From the NCBI RefSeq assembly GCF_005080705.1, contig NZ_CP032996.1, positions 180,001 to 212,000 of the forward strand: a stretch of DNA of 32,000 nucleotides. The letters are read 5' to 3'. A program made the position numbers and the translations under genes. Source of the DNA: Buchnera aphidicola (Therioaphis trifolii). Its GTDB lineage: Bacteria > Pseudomonadota > Gammaproteobacteria > Enterobacterales > Enterobacteriaceae. The notes below the pieces were generated by a model. That model was not told the DNA's origin and made no database searches. It saw only the letters and a program-made list of their open reading frames with translations. Shown here piece after piece: positions 10,247 to 20,732 of this stretch. Positions within the stretch are counted from its first letter, which is position 1, and each line of letters starts with the position of its first letter.

Positions 10247-10383
10247 TTTATTTTTTTAATATTTTAAATTATTTTAAATTATTAAAATAATATTTAATTT
10301 TTTAATAAAAAATTATTGATTTTTTAATTATAATAATTTATTATTTTATTAATTTATGTTAATTAAAAGTTATATATTTTTTT

Positions 10384-10854
10384 ATGAATAAGAAATTTAT
10401 TGTTACATGGGATATGTTACAAATATATACTAAAAAGTTAGCTTACCAAATAATGAATATTAAAAAATGGGAAAAAATTATTGCGGTAAGTCGTGGGGGA
10501 TTAATTCCTGCAACTTTATTATCAAGAGAATTAAGTATTCGTTATGTAGATACTATTTGTATTTCTAGTTATAATGATAATTATTTAAAAAAAATAAAAT
10601 TAATTAAAAAATCTAATTTAAAGGGTGATAATGTTTTAATTATGGATGATTTAGTTGATACAGGAGGAACAGCAAAATTAATTCGAAAAATATATCCTAA
10701 GGCGTATTTTATAACTGTTTTTGCAAAACCTAAAGGTCGTAAACTAGTTGATAATTATATTATTGATATTCCTCAAAATGTTTGGATTGAACAACCCTGG
10801 GATATGGCTATATCGTATGTTGCTCCTTTAATTAAAGAATCTAAAATTATTTAA
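10384..10854 (+). CDS. gpt: Xanthine-guanine phosphoribosyltransferase
   Basis: [20 protein letters not shown]...[32 protein letters not shown]...[14 protein letters not shown]...[13 protein letters not shown] aligns along its full length with E. coli Gpt ([20 protein letters not shown]..., recalled). The PRPP-binding motif is present. 156 aa. Confidence 0.93.
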   Translation: MNKKFIVTWDMLQIYTKKLAYQIMNIKKWEKIIAVSRGGLIPATLLSRELSIRYVDTICISSYNDNYLKKIKLIKKSNLKGDNVLIMDDLVDTGGTAKLIRKIYPKAYFITVFAKPKGRKLVDNYIIDIPQNVWIEQPWDMAISYVAPLIKESKII

Positions 10855-10927
10855 TTTTAAAAAATTTTTATATAATTTATAATATACTATATTTTTTATA
10901 GTGTATTTAAACTATTAATATAATATT

Positions 10928-11392
10928 ATGAAAAATACAATAAATCATGTTAATAATTTAATTTTAGATGAAAAAAAAAATATTTCTTTTATTAAAAAAA
11001 AATCTGAAAAAGATTTAAAAATTATATTACATAGAATTAAAAAAGATATTCATAATACACATAAATATTCTTTATCAAAAATTATAAAATATATTTTATC
11101 TGATATTGATAATTTAGAAAAATCAATTCATTTATCTTCTTTAAATAAAAACTTAAATTTCATTACTAAAGAATTAAAAAATATTTTGAAATATTTTTTT
11201 CAATTATTTAAACAATATAATATTACTGTTATTAATCAAACTAATATTAAATTTAATCCTAAAATACATGAAGCAATTGCTATTTCATATTCTAAAGAAA
11301 TAAAATCTAATTATATTATAACAATTATGCAAAAAGGATATCTTTTACATAAACGTCTTTTAAGACCTGCTATGGTTTTAGTTTCAAAATAA
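10928..11392 (+). CDS. grpE: Nucleotide exchange factor GrpE (short form, 154 aa)
   Basis: The C-terminal block FNPKIHEAIAI...IMQKGYLLHKRLLRPAMVLVSK matches the GrpE beta-domain (LDPNVHQAIAM...[22 protein letters not shown]). The helical region KYSLSKIIKYILSDIDNLEKSI resembles [22 protein letters not shown]. It lacks about 40 N-terminal residues relative to E. coli. Confidence 0.85.
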   Translation: MKNTINHVNNLILDEKKNISFIKKKSEKDLKIILHRIKKDIHNTHKYSLSKIIKYILSDIDNLEKSIHLSSLNKNLNFITKELKNILKYFFQLFKQYNITVINQTNIKFNPKIHEAIAISYSKEIKSNYIITIMQKGYLLHKRLLRPAMVLVSK

Positions 11393-11447
11393 TATTTTTA
11401 ATATTTATTTTATTTAATTTTTTTTTAAATTATAAAAAAAATAATAT

Positions 11448-11933
11448 ATGATAATTTTAAAAAATAAAAATTTTGGAAAAATATCTCAAATTACAGAAAA
11501 TAAAAAGGCATATTATAATTATTTTATTGAAAAAACTATTGAATCTGGATTAATATTACAAGGATGGGAAGTAAAATCTTTAAGAAAAAAAAAAGTAAAT
11601 ATTAGTAATGGATATTTATTTTTTCAAAATAATGAATTATACTTAATTGGTTTAGATATACAACCTTGTTTAATTTCTAATATAGATGAACGATATCAAT
11701 TACATCGAAATATTAAAGTCTTATTAAAAAAAAAAGAAATATATTTTTTATATGGAAAATATAAAACAAAAGGTTATAGTTTAATTGCTTTATCTTTATA
11801 TTGGAAAAAAGCCTGGTGTAAATTAAAAATAGCTGTTGCAAAAGGAAAAAATAAAAAAGATAAGAGAATGAATATAAAAAATAGAGAATGGAATATTAAA
11901 AAAAATATAATTATAAAAAAATTTTTAAAATAA
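11448..11933 (+). CDS. smpB: SsrA (tmRNA)-binding protein SmpB
   Basis: 161 aa. ...NKKAYYNYFIEKTIESGLILQGWEVKSLR...ISNGYLFFQNNELYLIG..., with a basic C-terminal tail, is typical of SmpB (E. coli 160 aa). Confidence 0.9.
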   Translation: MIILKNKNFGKISQITENKKAYYNYFIEKTIESGLILQGWEVKSLRKKKVNISNGYLFFQNNELYLIGLDIQPCLISNIDERYQLHRNIKVLLKKKEIYFLYGKYKTKGYSLIALSLYWKKAWCKLKIAVAKGKNKKDKRMNIKNREWNIKKNIIIKKFLK

Positions 11934-11957
11934 AAAAAATTACAATTTATTTAAAAT

Positions 11958-12434
11958 ATGAAAAAATATGTTTTAAATTCTAATATAATTGATCAAGATA
12001 TAATTTGGATGAAATATGCATTAATTCTAGCTAATAAAGCTAGAACTAATGGTGAAGTTCCTGTAGGGGCTATTTTAGTATTTAATAATTATATTATTGG
12101 ATCTGGTTTTAATTGTTCTATTTCAAATCATGATCCTACTGCACATGCTGAAATGATTGCTCTTCAAGAAGGTGGAAAAACAATAAAAAATTATAGATTA
12201 AATAATGCTACACTTTATGTAACATTAGAACCATGTTTAATGTGTTTAGGAGCTATTATTAGAAGTCGTATTAAAAGATTGGTATTAGGAACAAATTGTA
12301 AATTTAAAAAAGAACAAGAATATAGTACAAAATTTATTTTTAAAAAATTAAAAAAAAAAATTCAAATAAATGAATCAATTTTTTTTAAACCTTGTACAAA
12401 TTTAATAAAAAATTTTTTTAAAAATAAAAGATAA
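11958..12434 (+). CDS. tadA: tRNA-specific adenosine deaminase (A34 to I34)
   Basis: CDA-fold zinc motifs HAEMIAL and LEPCLMCLGAI with typical spacing, plus N-terminal WMKYALILANKA...GEVPVGAILV. 158 aa versus about 167 in E. coli TadA. Confidence 0.88.
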   Translation: MKKYVLNSNIIDQDIIWMKYALILANKARTNGEVPVGAILVFNNYIIGSGFNCSISNHDPTAHAEMIALQEGGKTIKNYRLNNATLYVTLEPCLMCLGAIIRSRIKRLVLGTNCKFKKEQEYSTKFIFKKLKKKIQINESIFFKPCTNLIKNFFKNKR

Positions 12435-12461
12435 TTTTGAAATATAAAATTTAAAATTTAT

Positions 12462-12842
12462 TTATCTTTCAATAATAATTACTGCAAAAATATATTTTTT
12501 TTCATCTGTAATACTAACATGTACATATTTAATTTTTAATTTATTAAAAATTTTTTTTGCTTTTTTTAAAAAAATTATATTAGGTTTTCCATATTTATCA
12601 TGAGATAATTCAAAACTTTTAAAATTAATACCATTTTGAAATCCTGTTCCTATAGATTTTGATGCAGCTTCTTTTATAACAAATCTTTTTCCTATAAAAT
12701 TTATTTTATTTTTTGTTTTTAAAAATTCATTTAATTCATTTTTTGATAAAATTTTTTTTAAAAATTTTTTTCCAAATTTTTTAAAAACATTATTTAATCT
12801 ATTTAAATCAATTATATCACATCCAATTCCTATAATTGACAT
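12462..12842 (-). CDS. acpS: Holo-[acyl-carrier-protein] synthase
   Basis: 126 aa, the same length as E. coli AcpS. It starts MSIIGIGCDIIDLNR (E. coli MAILGLGTDIVEIAR) and has KEAASKS.G.G in the middle. It lies directly downstream of era. Confidence 0.88.
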   Translation of the reverse strand: MSIIGIGCDIIDLNRLNNVFKKFGKKFLKKILSKNELNEFLKTKNKINFIGKRFVIKEAASKSIGTGFQNGINFKSFELSHDKYGKPNIIFLKKAKKIFNKLKIKYVHVSITDEKKYIFAVIIIER

Positions 12843-12847
12843 GTTAT

Positions 12848-13693
12848 TTATTGTGTTAAATTGAATAATTTAATTTTTAAATATAATTTGACTTTCATAT
12901 TTAACAATTTTTCTATATCTTTTTTTGATAAATAATGACACATTTTTATTTTTTTTCCATTTTTTCCAATTATAATTTTTTTTTGTCTTAAATTTTTTGT
13001 AAATATTGAAGCAACAATATTACATATTTTAAATTTATCAATATAATATGATTCTATTATTACTTTAATTAAGTATGGAATTTCTTGATTTAAAAATCGA
13101 ATTAATTTTTCTCTAATAATTTCAGATATTAAAAATTTTTTTGATAATGGTGTAATTTCATTTTTAGAATATATATATTTAGATTGTGGAATATTATTTT
13201 TTATTATAGTATTAAGTGCATCAATATTTTCTCCTGTTTTTGCAGAAATTGGTATAATTGCTATAAAATTATATTTTTTTTTTATTTTATTAATAAATGG
13301 TAATAATATTTTTTTATTATTTATATAATCAATTTTATTTATTACTAATATAGTTGATATATTTATTTTTTTTAATATTTTTAATATTTTTTCTTCAGGT
13401 TCTAACCATTTTATTGTACTAATAACAAAAATAATTAGTTTTAAGTAATTATTTTTGTTAAGTATATTTTTTTTAAAATATTTTTTTTTTATTTCTATTC
13501 CTGGAGTATCTATATAAATATATTGATATTGTTGAATTGTTTTAATTCCAATAATATTATTAATAGTTGTTCCAGATTTTTTAGATGTAATAGAAATTTT
13601 ATTATTAATTAATTTATTTAAAATACTGGATTTACCAACATTTGTTCTTCCAATAATTCCAATATGACCACAATAAGTGATATTTTTTTTCAT
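12848..13693 (-). CDS. era: GTPase Era
   Basis: G1 [10 protein letters not shown]3 DTPG, G4 NKID, and a C-terminal KH-like domain ([17 protein letters not shown]...). It sits downstream of rnc as in the conserved rnc-era operon and overlaps the rnc stop by 4 nt. Confidence 0.92.
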   Translation of the reverse strand: MKKNITYCGHIGIIGRTNVGKSSILNKLINNKISITSKKSGTTINNIIGIKTIQQYQYIYIDTPGIEIKKKYFKKNILNKNNYLKLIIFVISTIKWLEPEEKILKILKKINISTILVINKIDYINNKKILLPFINKIKKKYNFIAIIPISAKTGENIDALNTIIKNNIPQSKYIYSKNEITPLSKKFLISEIIREKLIRFLNQEIPYLIKVIIESYYIDKFKICNIVASIFTKNLRQKKIIIGKNGKKIKMCHYLSKKDIEKLLNMKVKLYLKIKLFNLTQ

Positions 13694-14370
13694 TGTACTC
13701 CTAATTTTATTAATGCTGCATTTGCTGCATTTTGTTCTGCTTTTCTTTTACTAGAACCAAACCCTATAGTATATTCTTTAATATTTTTAATTTTACATTG
13801 TATTGTAAATAATTGATTATGTGCCTCACCATATACTTGTATTATAATATATTTTGGTAATGGAAGATATTTGGATTGTAAATATTCTTGTAATTTTGTT
13901 TTTGAATCTTTTCTTATGTATTTTGGATGAATTTTTTTTAATCGCATTGAATACCATTTCAAAATTAAATTTTCTATAATAACAATATTACTATCTAAAA
14001 AAATACTCCCAATTAATGCTTCTACTGAATTTGCTAAAATAGATTTTCTTTTATGTCCTCCGTTTTTAGTTTCTCCAGGTCCTAAAGTTAAATATTTTCC
14101 TAATTGAAATTCACGTGCTATTTTTGATAAAGTATTTTCTTTAACTAATTTTGCTCTCATTCGACTCATATCCCCTTCATTAATATCTGGGAAATATTTA
14201 TATAATGTATGTGAAATTATAAAACTTAAAATTGAATCTCCTAAAAATTCTAATCTTTCATTATTTTTATTACTAGCACTACAATGTGTTAAAGCTTGTT
14301 TTAAAATTTCTTTTTTTTTAAAAAAGTAACCTATTGTTTTTTGCAGTATTTTTATCACGGGATAGCTCAT
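13690..14370 (-). CDS. rnc: Ribonuclease III
   Basis: 226 aa, the same length as E. coli Rnc. It has the RNase III signature [13 protein letters not shown] and a C-terminal dsRBD (...[18 protein letters not shown]). Confidence 0.95.
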   Translation of the reverse strand: MSYPVIKILQKTIGYFFKKKEILKQALTHCSASNKNNERLEFLGDSILSFIISHTLYKYFPDINEGDMSRMRAKLVKENTLSKIAREFQLGKYLTLGPGETKNGGHKRKSILANSVEALIGSIFLDSNIVIIENLILKWYSMRLKKIHPKYIRKDSKTKLQEYLQSKYLPLPKYIIIQVYGEAHNQLFTIQCKIKNIKEYTIGFGSSKRKAEQNAANAALIKLGVQ

Positions 14371-14403
14371 ATTAATTTAAGAAAGTTAATTTTTTTATAT
14401 TTT

Positions 14404-15363
14404 TTAATAAATTTTTCCAATACGATTTAAATTAATTCCAATAGGCCATTTATTTTCATTTCTTTCTAAATTCATCCAAATATAATCAGCTTTTCCAAGA
14501 ATATTTTTTTCAGGAACAAAACCCCAATAACGACTATCTAAACTATTATCACGATTGTCCCCTAAAACAAAATATTGTTTAGGTGGTATTATCCATATTG
14601 CTGATGATTGATTTTTTTGTTTATAATATTCTTGCATATTACTTTTATCTTTATGAGATATTAAAATATTATATTTATGATTATCAAGTACTTCTTGATA
14701 AATCATAGAATGATGATTTAAAATATTGCAATTATTATTTATTTTTTTTATATCTTCAATATTTTTTTTTATATTTGTATTTTCTATTGCATTAGTATTA
14801 TATTTATTAAAAACATAATGTTTAAAAATTATTTTTCTTTTATTAATATTATTATAATTTTCATAAATTGTTATTATTTTATTAATTGGATCGTATATTA
14901 TTTTATCACCAGGAATACCAATTATTCTTTTAATATAATTTTGATATGGATTATTTGGATTTTTAAAAACAATAATATCTCCTCTTTTAAAATCATGATA
15001 TTTTATTATTATATTTCCTGTAAATGGATTTTTTATTCCATAAAAAAATTTTTTAACTATAATATAATCTCCAGGTAATAAATTTGGTAGCATAGATTCT
15101 GAAGGAATATAAAAAGGTTCATAAAAAAAACAACGTATTATACATACTATAAATAATATAGGAAATAATGATCCTATACTTTTAAATATATTATTTATTT
15201 TACATTTCTTTTTTTGATTTAATTGATAATTTTGTTTTTGTAATTCTATATTTCTATTAAAATCTCCATTTTTATTATTTAATTTTATTATTTTTGAATA
15301 TAACCAAAATATTCCAGTCATAAATATTAATATTGAAAAAAAATTTAAAATAATATAATTCAT
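14404..15363 (-). CDS. lepB: Signal peptidase I
   Basis: Catalytic Ser box IPSESMLPNLLPGD, Lys box YIKRIIGIPGD, and the GDNRDNSLDSRYWGFV box. N-terminal TM segments are present. 319 aa versus 324 in E. coli. Confidence 0.93.
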   Translation of the reverse strand: MNYIILNFFSILIFMTGIFWLYSKIIKLNNKNGDFNRNIELQKQNYQLNQKKKCKINNIFKSIGSLFPILFIVCIIRCFFYEPFYIPSESMLPNLLPGDYIIVKKFFYGIKNPFTGNIIIKYHDFKRGDIIVFKNPNNPYQNYIKRIIGIPGDKIIYDPINKIITIYENYNNINKRKIIFKHYVFNKYNTNAIENTNIKKNIEDIKKINNNCNILNHHSMIYQEVLDNHKYNILISHKDKSNMQEYYKQKNQSSAIWIIPPKQYFVLGDNRDNSLDSRYWGFVPEKNILGKADYIWMNLERNENKWPIGINLNRIGKIY

Positions 15364-15396
15364 ATTATATTCCTTAATATTTAAAATTATTATTTA

Positions 15397-17181
15397 TTAA
15401 TTAGACAATATTGAAAAAAAAGTTTCTTTTGGAATTTTAATATTTCCAATTTTTTTCATCTTTTTTTTACCTATTTTTTGTTTTTGTAATAATTTCTTTT
15501 TTCTACTAACATCCCCCCCATAACATTTAGATAAAACATTTTTTCTTAATTGTTTTACAGTTGAACTGGCAATAATATTGTTTCCTAAAGCAGCTTGAAT
15601 TGAAATATTAAATTGTTGTCTAGGAAGTAATGATTTTATTTTTTCAACTATTTTTTTTGATTTTCTATATATATTATCACGATGTAATATTAAAGATAAT
15701 GCATCAATTTTCTCAGAATTAATTAATATATTTAAACATACTATATCAGTTTTTTTAAAATATTTAAAATTATATTCTAAAGATGCATATCCACTAGATA
15801 TTGATTTTAATTGATCAAAAAAATTTATAATAATTTCTGAAATAGGTATTTCATATTTTAATATTACTTGATGTTCATAATAAGTAATATTTTTTTGAAT
15901 TCCACGTTTTTTTAAACAGAGATTAATAATTTTACCAATATATTTAGGTGGTGTTAATATATTACATTCTGCTATTGGTTCTCTGAATTCTTTAATTTTT
16001 TGTAGTTTTGATAAATTAGATGGATTATTTAAATAAATAATATTTTTATTTGTAGTTTCAATTTCATAAATTACTGTTGGAGATGTAGCGATAATATTTA
16101 AATTATATTCTCTTTCTAATCTTGCTTGTATAATTTCCATATGTAATAATCCTAAAAAACCACATTTAAATCCAAAACCTAAAGCATGTGAATTTTCTGG
16201 TTCATAAAATAATGCAGAATCATTTAAACTTAATTTTCCTAATGCTGTTCTAAAAACTTCATATTGTTCTGTATTTACTGGAAATAACCCTGCAAATATT
16301 TTAGGTTTTATTTTTTGAAATCCAGATATTATTTTTTTTGTAGGATTATTATATAAAGTAATTGTATCTCCGACAGAAAAAGCTGTAATATCTTTTATTC
16401 CACAAGTAATCCATCCAATTTCTCCACATTTTAATATTTTTTTATTTTTTGATTTTGGTGTAAAAATACCCATTTGATTTACAAAATAATTTTTTTTTGT
16501 ACTAACAATTTGTATTCTTTCTTTTATTTTTAAAATTCCATTTTTAATTCGTATTAAAGAAATAACTCCTAAATAATTATCAAACCAAGAATCAATAATT
16601 AAAGCCTGTAATTTAGTATGTAAAGAACCTATTGGAGCAGGAATATCTGTAATAATTTTATTTAAAACATCAATTATCCCCTTTCCAGTTTTTGCAGAAC
16701 ATTTAATAATATCTTTTGAAGAAATACCAATAATATCTTCAATTTCTTTAGTTGTTTTTTGAATATTAGCTGTTGGTAAATCAATTTTATTTAATATAGG
16801 TATAACAACAAGATTCATATTTAATGCCATATTACAAGTTGCTAATGTTTGTGCTTCAACTCCCTGACAGGCATCAACAATTAATAATGCACCTTCACAA
16901 GCACTTAAAGATCTAGAAACTTCATATGAAAAATCTACATGTCCTGGTGTATCAATAAAATTTAAATAAAATGTTTTATTATTTTGATTAATATATTTGA
17001 TTGTTACACCCTGAGCTTTAATAGTAATACCTCTTTCTTTTTCTAAATCCATAGAATCTAATACCTGATTTGACATTTCTCTTTTTGTTAACCCCCCGCA
17101 TATTTGAATAAATCGATCAGAAAGTGTTGATTTTCCATGATCAATATGTGCAATAATAGAAAAGTTCCGTATATTTTTCAT
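15397..17181 (-). CDS. lepA: Elongation factor 4 (LepA)
   Basis: [35 protein letters not shown], and the LepA-specific C-terminal domain. 594 aa versus 599 in E. coli. The lepA-lepB order is conserved. Confidence 0.96.
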   Translation of the reverse strand: MKNIRNFSIIAHIDHGKSTLSDRFIQICGGLTKREMSNQVLDSMDLEKERGITIKAQGVTIKYINQNNKTFYLNFIDTPGHVDFSYEVSRSLSACEGALLIVDACQGVEAQTLATCNMALNMNLVVIPILNKIDLPTANIQKTTKEIEDIIGISSKDIIKCSAKTGKGIIDVLNKIITDIPAPIGSLHTKLQALIIDSWFDNYLGVISLIRIKNGILKIKERIQIVSTKKNYFVNQMGIFTPKSKNKKILKCGEIGWITCGIKDITAFSVGDTITLYNNPTKKIISGFQKIKPKIFAGLFPVNTEQYEVFRTALGKLSLNDSALFYEPENSHALGFGFKCGFLGLLHMEIIQARLEREYNLNIIATSPTVIYEIETTNKNIIYLNNPSNLSKLQKIKEFREPIAECNILTPPKYIGKIINLCLKKRGIQKNITYYEHQVILKYEIPISEIIINFFDQLKSISSGYASLEYNFKYFKKTDIVCLNILINSEKIDALSLILHRDNIYRKSKKIVEKIKSLLPRQQFNISIQAALGNNIIASSTVKQLRKNVLSKCYGGDVSRKKKLLQKQKIGKKKMKKIGNIKIPKETFFSILSN

Positions 17182-17315
17182 ATTTTATTTTTAATTTAAT
17201 ATAAATATTTTTATAATATATAATATCATAAATCATTTTAGTATATTTATACAATCATTTTATTAATTAAATTTTATATTAAATTTAAATTTATAATTAC
17301 TATATTATATTTTTT

Positions 17316-18422
17316 ATGAAAATTAAAAAAAATAAAAAAATTATTATTGCTATGTCTGGAGGTGTGGATTCTTCAGTATCTGCATATCTTTTATTACAAC
17401 AAGGTTATATAGTAGAAGGTATTTTTATGAAAAATTGGGAAGAAGATGATAATTTAAATTATTGTGCTTCTTCTAAAGATTTAAATGATGTTAGAAAAAT
17501 ATGTAAAAAAATAGGAATTTATTTACATGAAATAAATTTTTCTACAGAATATTGGAATCATGTATTTAAAGATTTTTTATTTCAACATAAAAAAGGAAAT
17601 ACACCTAATCCTGATATATTATGTAATAAAAAAATAAAATTTGGTGTATTATTTAATTTTGTTATTTATACATTAAAAGCAGATTATATTGCTACTGGAC
17701 ATTATGCTCAAATTAAATATTTAAATGGAACACCAATGTTATTAAGAAGTAAAGATACTAATAAAGATCAAAGTTATTTTTTATATACAATTAATAGTAA
17801 TAAATTAAAAAAAATATTATTTCCAATAGGACATCTAAAAAAAAAAACAGTAAGAAAAATAGCAAAATCAATAAAATTACATAATTCAGAAAAAAAAGAT
17901 TCTATTGGTATTTGTTTTATTGGACCATGTAAAATGTCTACTTTTTTAAGTCGATTTATTTATAGTCGTTCTGGTAATATTGTTACGGAATATGGTTATA
18001 TTATAGGTATTCATAATGGTTTAATTAATTATACTATAGGACAAAGAAAAGGAATTGGTATTGGAGGGAAATATGATAAAATAAATAAACCTTGGTATGT
18101 AATGAAAAAAAATTTAATGAAAAATAGTTTAACTGTAGTACAAGGTTATAAAAATAATAAATTATTTTATAAAGAATTAATTGCTATTAATGTAAATTGG
18201 ATTAGTAAAATTAATATATCAAATAATTTTTTTTGTACAGTTAAAACGAGATATCGTCAAAAAGATATATCTTGTAACATTTCTGTTATAAATTTATATT
18301 CTGTAAAAGTTTTTTTTAAAAAACCGGTATTCGCTGTTACTCCTGGACAATCAGTTGTTTTTTATTCTGAAGAAATTTGTTTAGGGGGTGGTATTATTAA
18401 TAAAGCGATATTATGTAATTAA
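17316..18422 (+). CDS. mnmA: tRNA 2-thiouridine(34) synthase (tRNA-specific 2-thiouridylase)
   Basis: PP-loop IIAMSGGVDSSVSA, conserved NPDILCN, ATGHYA and DQSYFL blocks. 368 aa, the same length as E. coli MnmA. Confidence 0.93.
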   Translation: MKIKKNKKIIIAMSGGVDSSVSAYLLLQQGYIVEGIFMKNWEEDDNLNYCASSKDLNDVRKICKKIGIYLHEINFSTEYWNHVFKDFLFQHKKGNTPNPDILCNKKIKFGVLFNFVIYTLKADYIATGHYAQIKYLNGTPMLLRSKDTNKDQSYFLYTINSNKLKKILFPIGHLKKKTVRKIAKSIKLHNSEKKDSIGICFIGPCKMSTFLSRFIYSRSGNIVTEYGYIIGIHNGLINYTIGQRKGIGIGGKYDKINKPWYVMKKNLMKNSLTVVQGYKNNKLFYKELIAINVNWISKINISNNFFCTVKTRYRQKDISCNISVINLYSVKVFFKKPVFAVTPGQSVVFYSEEICLGGGIINKAILCN

Positions 18423-18472
18423 ATATCATTATTTAATTAAAATTATAAAATTGAAATATTTGGATTAATTAA

Positions 18473-19849
18473 ATGAATAATTTTTTTTTATTAGCAATTT
18501 CTCCTTTAGATGGGCGATATTATCAACAAACATTAATATTACAAAATATATTTAGTGAATATGCATTTTTAAAATTTCGATTAAAAATTGAAATTCAATG
18601 GTTAAAACAATTATCTTTAATTCCAGAAATTATTGAATTACCTAAATTTAATAAAGTTACTAATAATATTTTAGATAATATAATAAATAAATTTGATTAT
18701 CATGATGCTCAAGAAATAAAAAAAATAGAAACAATTATTTCTCATGATACAAAATCTATTGAATATTTTTTAAGAAAAAAAATTTCTTTAAAAATTCCTG
18801 ATAATCTTTCAATAATTAATTTTATTCATTTTGCTTGTACTTCAGATGATATTAATAATTTAGCATATGCATGTATGATTAAAAAATCTATTTTTAAAAT
18901 ATTAATACCATATTGGAAAAAAATTTTACTATATATTAAATTATTATCTAATAAATTTAAAAATATTAGTATATTGTGTAGAACACATGGTCAACCTGCC
19001 ACTCCATCTACTTTAGGAAAAGAAATAGTAAATTTTTATTATCGATTAAAAAGACAATTTATACAATTAAAAAATATTATTATTTTAGGAAAAATTAATG
19101 GAGCAACAGGAAATTATAATGCACATATATCAGCTTATCCTAATGTTAATTGGTATAAAATTAGTCAACATTTTGTTACAAATTTAGGATTACAATGGAA
19201 TCCATGTACTACACAAATAGAACCTCATGATTATATTTCTGAAATTTTTAGTTGTATGATTAGATTTAATACTATTTTAATTAGTTTTAATCAAGATATT
19301 TGGGGATATATTAGTTTAAATTATTTTAATCAACATATTATTGATACTGAAGTTGGTTCTTCAACTATGCCTCATAAAATAAATCCAATTGATTTTGAAA
19401 AATCTGAAGGTAATTTAGGATTATCAAATGCAATAATGAATTATATGATTTTAAAACTTCCTATATCAAGGTGGCAACGCGATTTAAGTGATTCTACCGT
19501 TTTAAGAAATATAGGAGTAATTTTTGGTTATTGTATTATATCATATGATTCCATTTTGTCTGGTTTAAAAAAAATTAAAATAAATTATTTAAATATTAAA
19601 AATGATTTAAATAATAAATGGGAATTATTAGCTGAACCTATTCAAACGATTATGCGTAAATTTAAAATACCTAATGCATATGAAAAATTAAAAAAATTAA
19701 CAAGAAATAAAAATATCAATATTAATAAAATACATCAATATATTGATCAATTAACTATTCCTAATATTGAAAAAGAAAGATTAAAAAAAATTAATCCAGA
19801 AAATTACATAGGTTATGCAATACAATTAGTAGAGAAAATAAATCAATAA
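18473..19849 (+). CDS. purB: Adenylosuccinate lyase
   Basis: LAISPLDGRY at the N-terminus, the fumarate-lyase signature GSSTMPHKINP, and TSDDINN. 458 aa versus 456 in E. coli. Confidence 0.95.
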   Translation: MNNFFLLAISPLDGRYYQQTLILQNIFSEYAFLKFRLKIEIQWLKQLSLIPEIIELPKFNKVTNNILDNIINKFDYHDAQEIKKIETIISHDTKSIEYFLRKKISLKIPDNLSIINFIHFACTSDDINNLAYACMIKKSIFKILIPYWKKILLYIKLLSNKFKNISILCRTHGQPATPSTLGKEIVNFYYRLKRQFIQLKNIIILGKINGATGNYNAHISAYPNVNWYKISQHFVTNLGLQWNPCTTQIEPHDYISEIFSCMIRFNTILISFNQDIWGYISLNYFNQHIIDTEVGSSTMPHKINPIDFEKSEGNLGLSNAIMNYMILKLPISRWQRDLSDSTVLRNIGVIFGYCIISYDSILSGLKKIKINYLNIKNDLNNKWELLAEPIQTIMRKFKIPNAYEKLKKLTRNKNININKIHQYIDQLTIPNIEKERLKKINPENYIGYAIQLVEKINQ

Positions 19850-19891
19850 TATTATATTAATATATAATATATTTACAAAAAAAAGGAAAAT

Positions 19892-20674
19892 ATGGGATTT
19901 TTAAAAAATAAAAAAATTTTAATTACTGGTATTTTAAATAAAAAATCTATTGCATATGGAATTGCTAAAGCAATGAATTATCAAAAAGCATCATTAGCTT
20001 TTACATGTTTAAATAAAAAAAATAAATATAAAATTAAAAAAATTGCTAAAAATTTAAATTCAAATATTGTAATAACTTGTAATTTTAATAATTTAAATAA
20101 TATTAAAAAATTATTTTTTAAATTATTTAAATATTGGAATAAATTTGATGGTTTTGTACATTCTATTGCATATAGTCCAAAAATACAATTTTCAAAAAAT
20201 TATCTTGAAACAATTAATAAAAAAGATTTTATAAAAACAAATTATATTACTTCTTATAGTTTAATATCTATGATACAAGAATGTAAACATAGATTAAATA
20301 TTGGATCTTCAATAGTTACTTTAACATATTTAGGATCACAAATTGTAATACCTTATTATAATGTAATGGGAATTGCAAAAGCTTCTTTAGAAGCTAATGT
20401 TAAATATATATCAAATAATTTTAAAAAAAATCAATTCAGAATTAATGCTATTTCTGCTGGACCTATTAAAACAATTTCATCATATAATATTCCAAATTTT
20501 AAAAAAATATTAAATTATTCAAAACATTTTTCTCCTATTCAAAGATTAGTAACAATTGAAGAAATTGGAAATACCGCAGCATTTTTATGTTCAAATTTAT
20601 CTAGTGGTATTACAGGACAAATTATTTATGTTGATGGAGGTTTAAGTACATCTATGATGAATCATTTATATTAG
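19892..20674 (+). CDS. fabI: Enoyl-[acyl-carrier-protein] reductase (NADH)
   Basis: MGFLKNKKILITGI...SIAYGIAKA, the catalytic Y/K region YNVMGIAKASLEA, and C-terminal ITGQIIYVDGG. 260 aa. AAGGA lies 4 nt upstream of the ATG. Confidence 0.94.
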   Translation: MGFLKNKKILITGILNKKSIAYGIAKAMNYQKASLAFTCLNKKNKYKIKKIAKNLNSNIVITCNFNNLNNIKKLFFKLFKYWNKFDGFVHSIAYSPKIQFSKNYLETINKKDFIKTNYITSYSLISMIQECKHRLNIGSSIVTLTYLGSQIVIPYYNVMGIAKASLEANVKYISNNFKKNQFRINAISAGPIKTISSYNIPNFKKILNYSKHFSPIQRLVTIEEIGNTAAFLCSNLSSGITGQIIYVDGGLSTSMMNHLY

Positions 20675-20732
20675 TTTAATATAAAATTATTAATTAAAAA
20701 TTTTATTTTTTTTAATATTTTAGGTATATTTT

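Noticed and set aside
10261-10280. Tandem direct repeat attttaaatt x2, and similar short A/T repeats, as a candidate CRISPR or satellite
   Set aside because: There are only two copies with no spacers and a low-complexity A/T composition. Such repeats are expected by chance or slippage in this base composition. No repeat-spacer architecture exists anywhere in the window.
10316-10334. TTGATT plus TATAAT as a gpt promoter
   Set aside because: The two hexamers are only 7 nt apart, which is incompatible with sigma70 spacing. -10-like hexamers are ubiquitous in this composition.
10855-10927. A heat-shock (sigma32) promoter upstream of grpE
   Set aside because: There is no CTTGAAA / CCCCAT-like pair. 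The region is A/T-only, so no specific promoter call can be supported.
11934-11957. Expectation of tmRNA (ssrA) next to smpB, as in E. coli
   Set aside because: Only 24 nt separate smpB and tadA. No tRNA-like G+C-rich segment exists in this part of the window, so ssrA must be elsewhere.
19847-19868. 22-nt perfect A/T palindrome (atattatattaatatataatat) after purB as a terminator
   Set aside because: Arms of 9-11 bp in a two-letter alphabet are expected many times by chance in 32 kb. It is not distinguishable from background.
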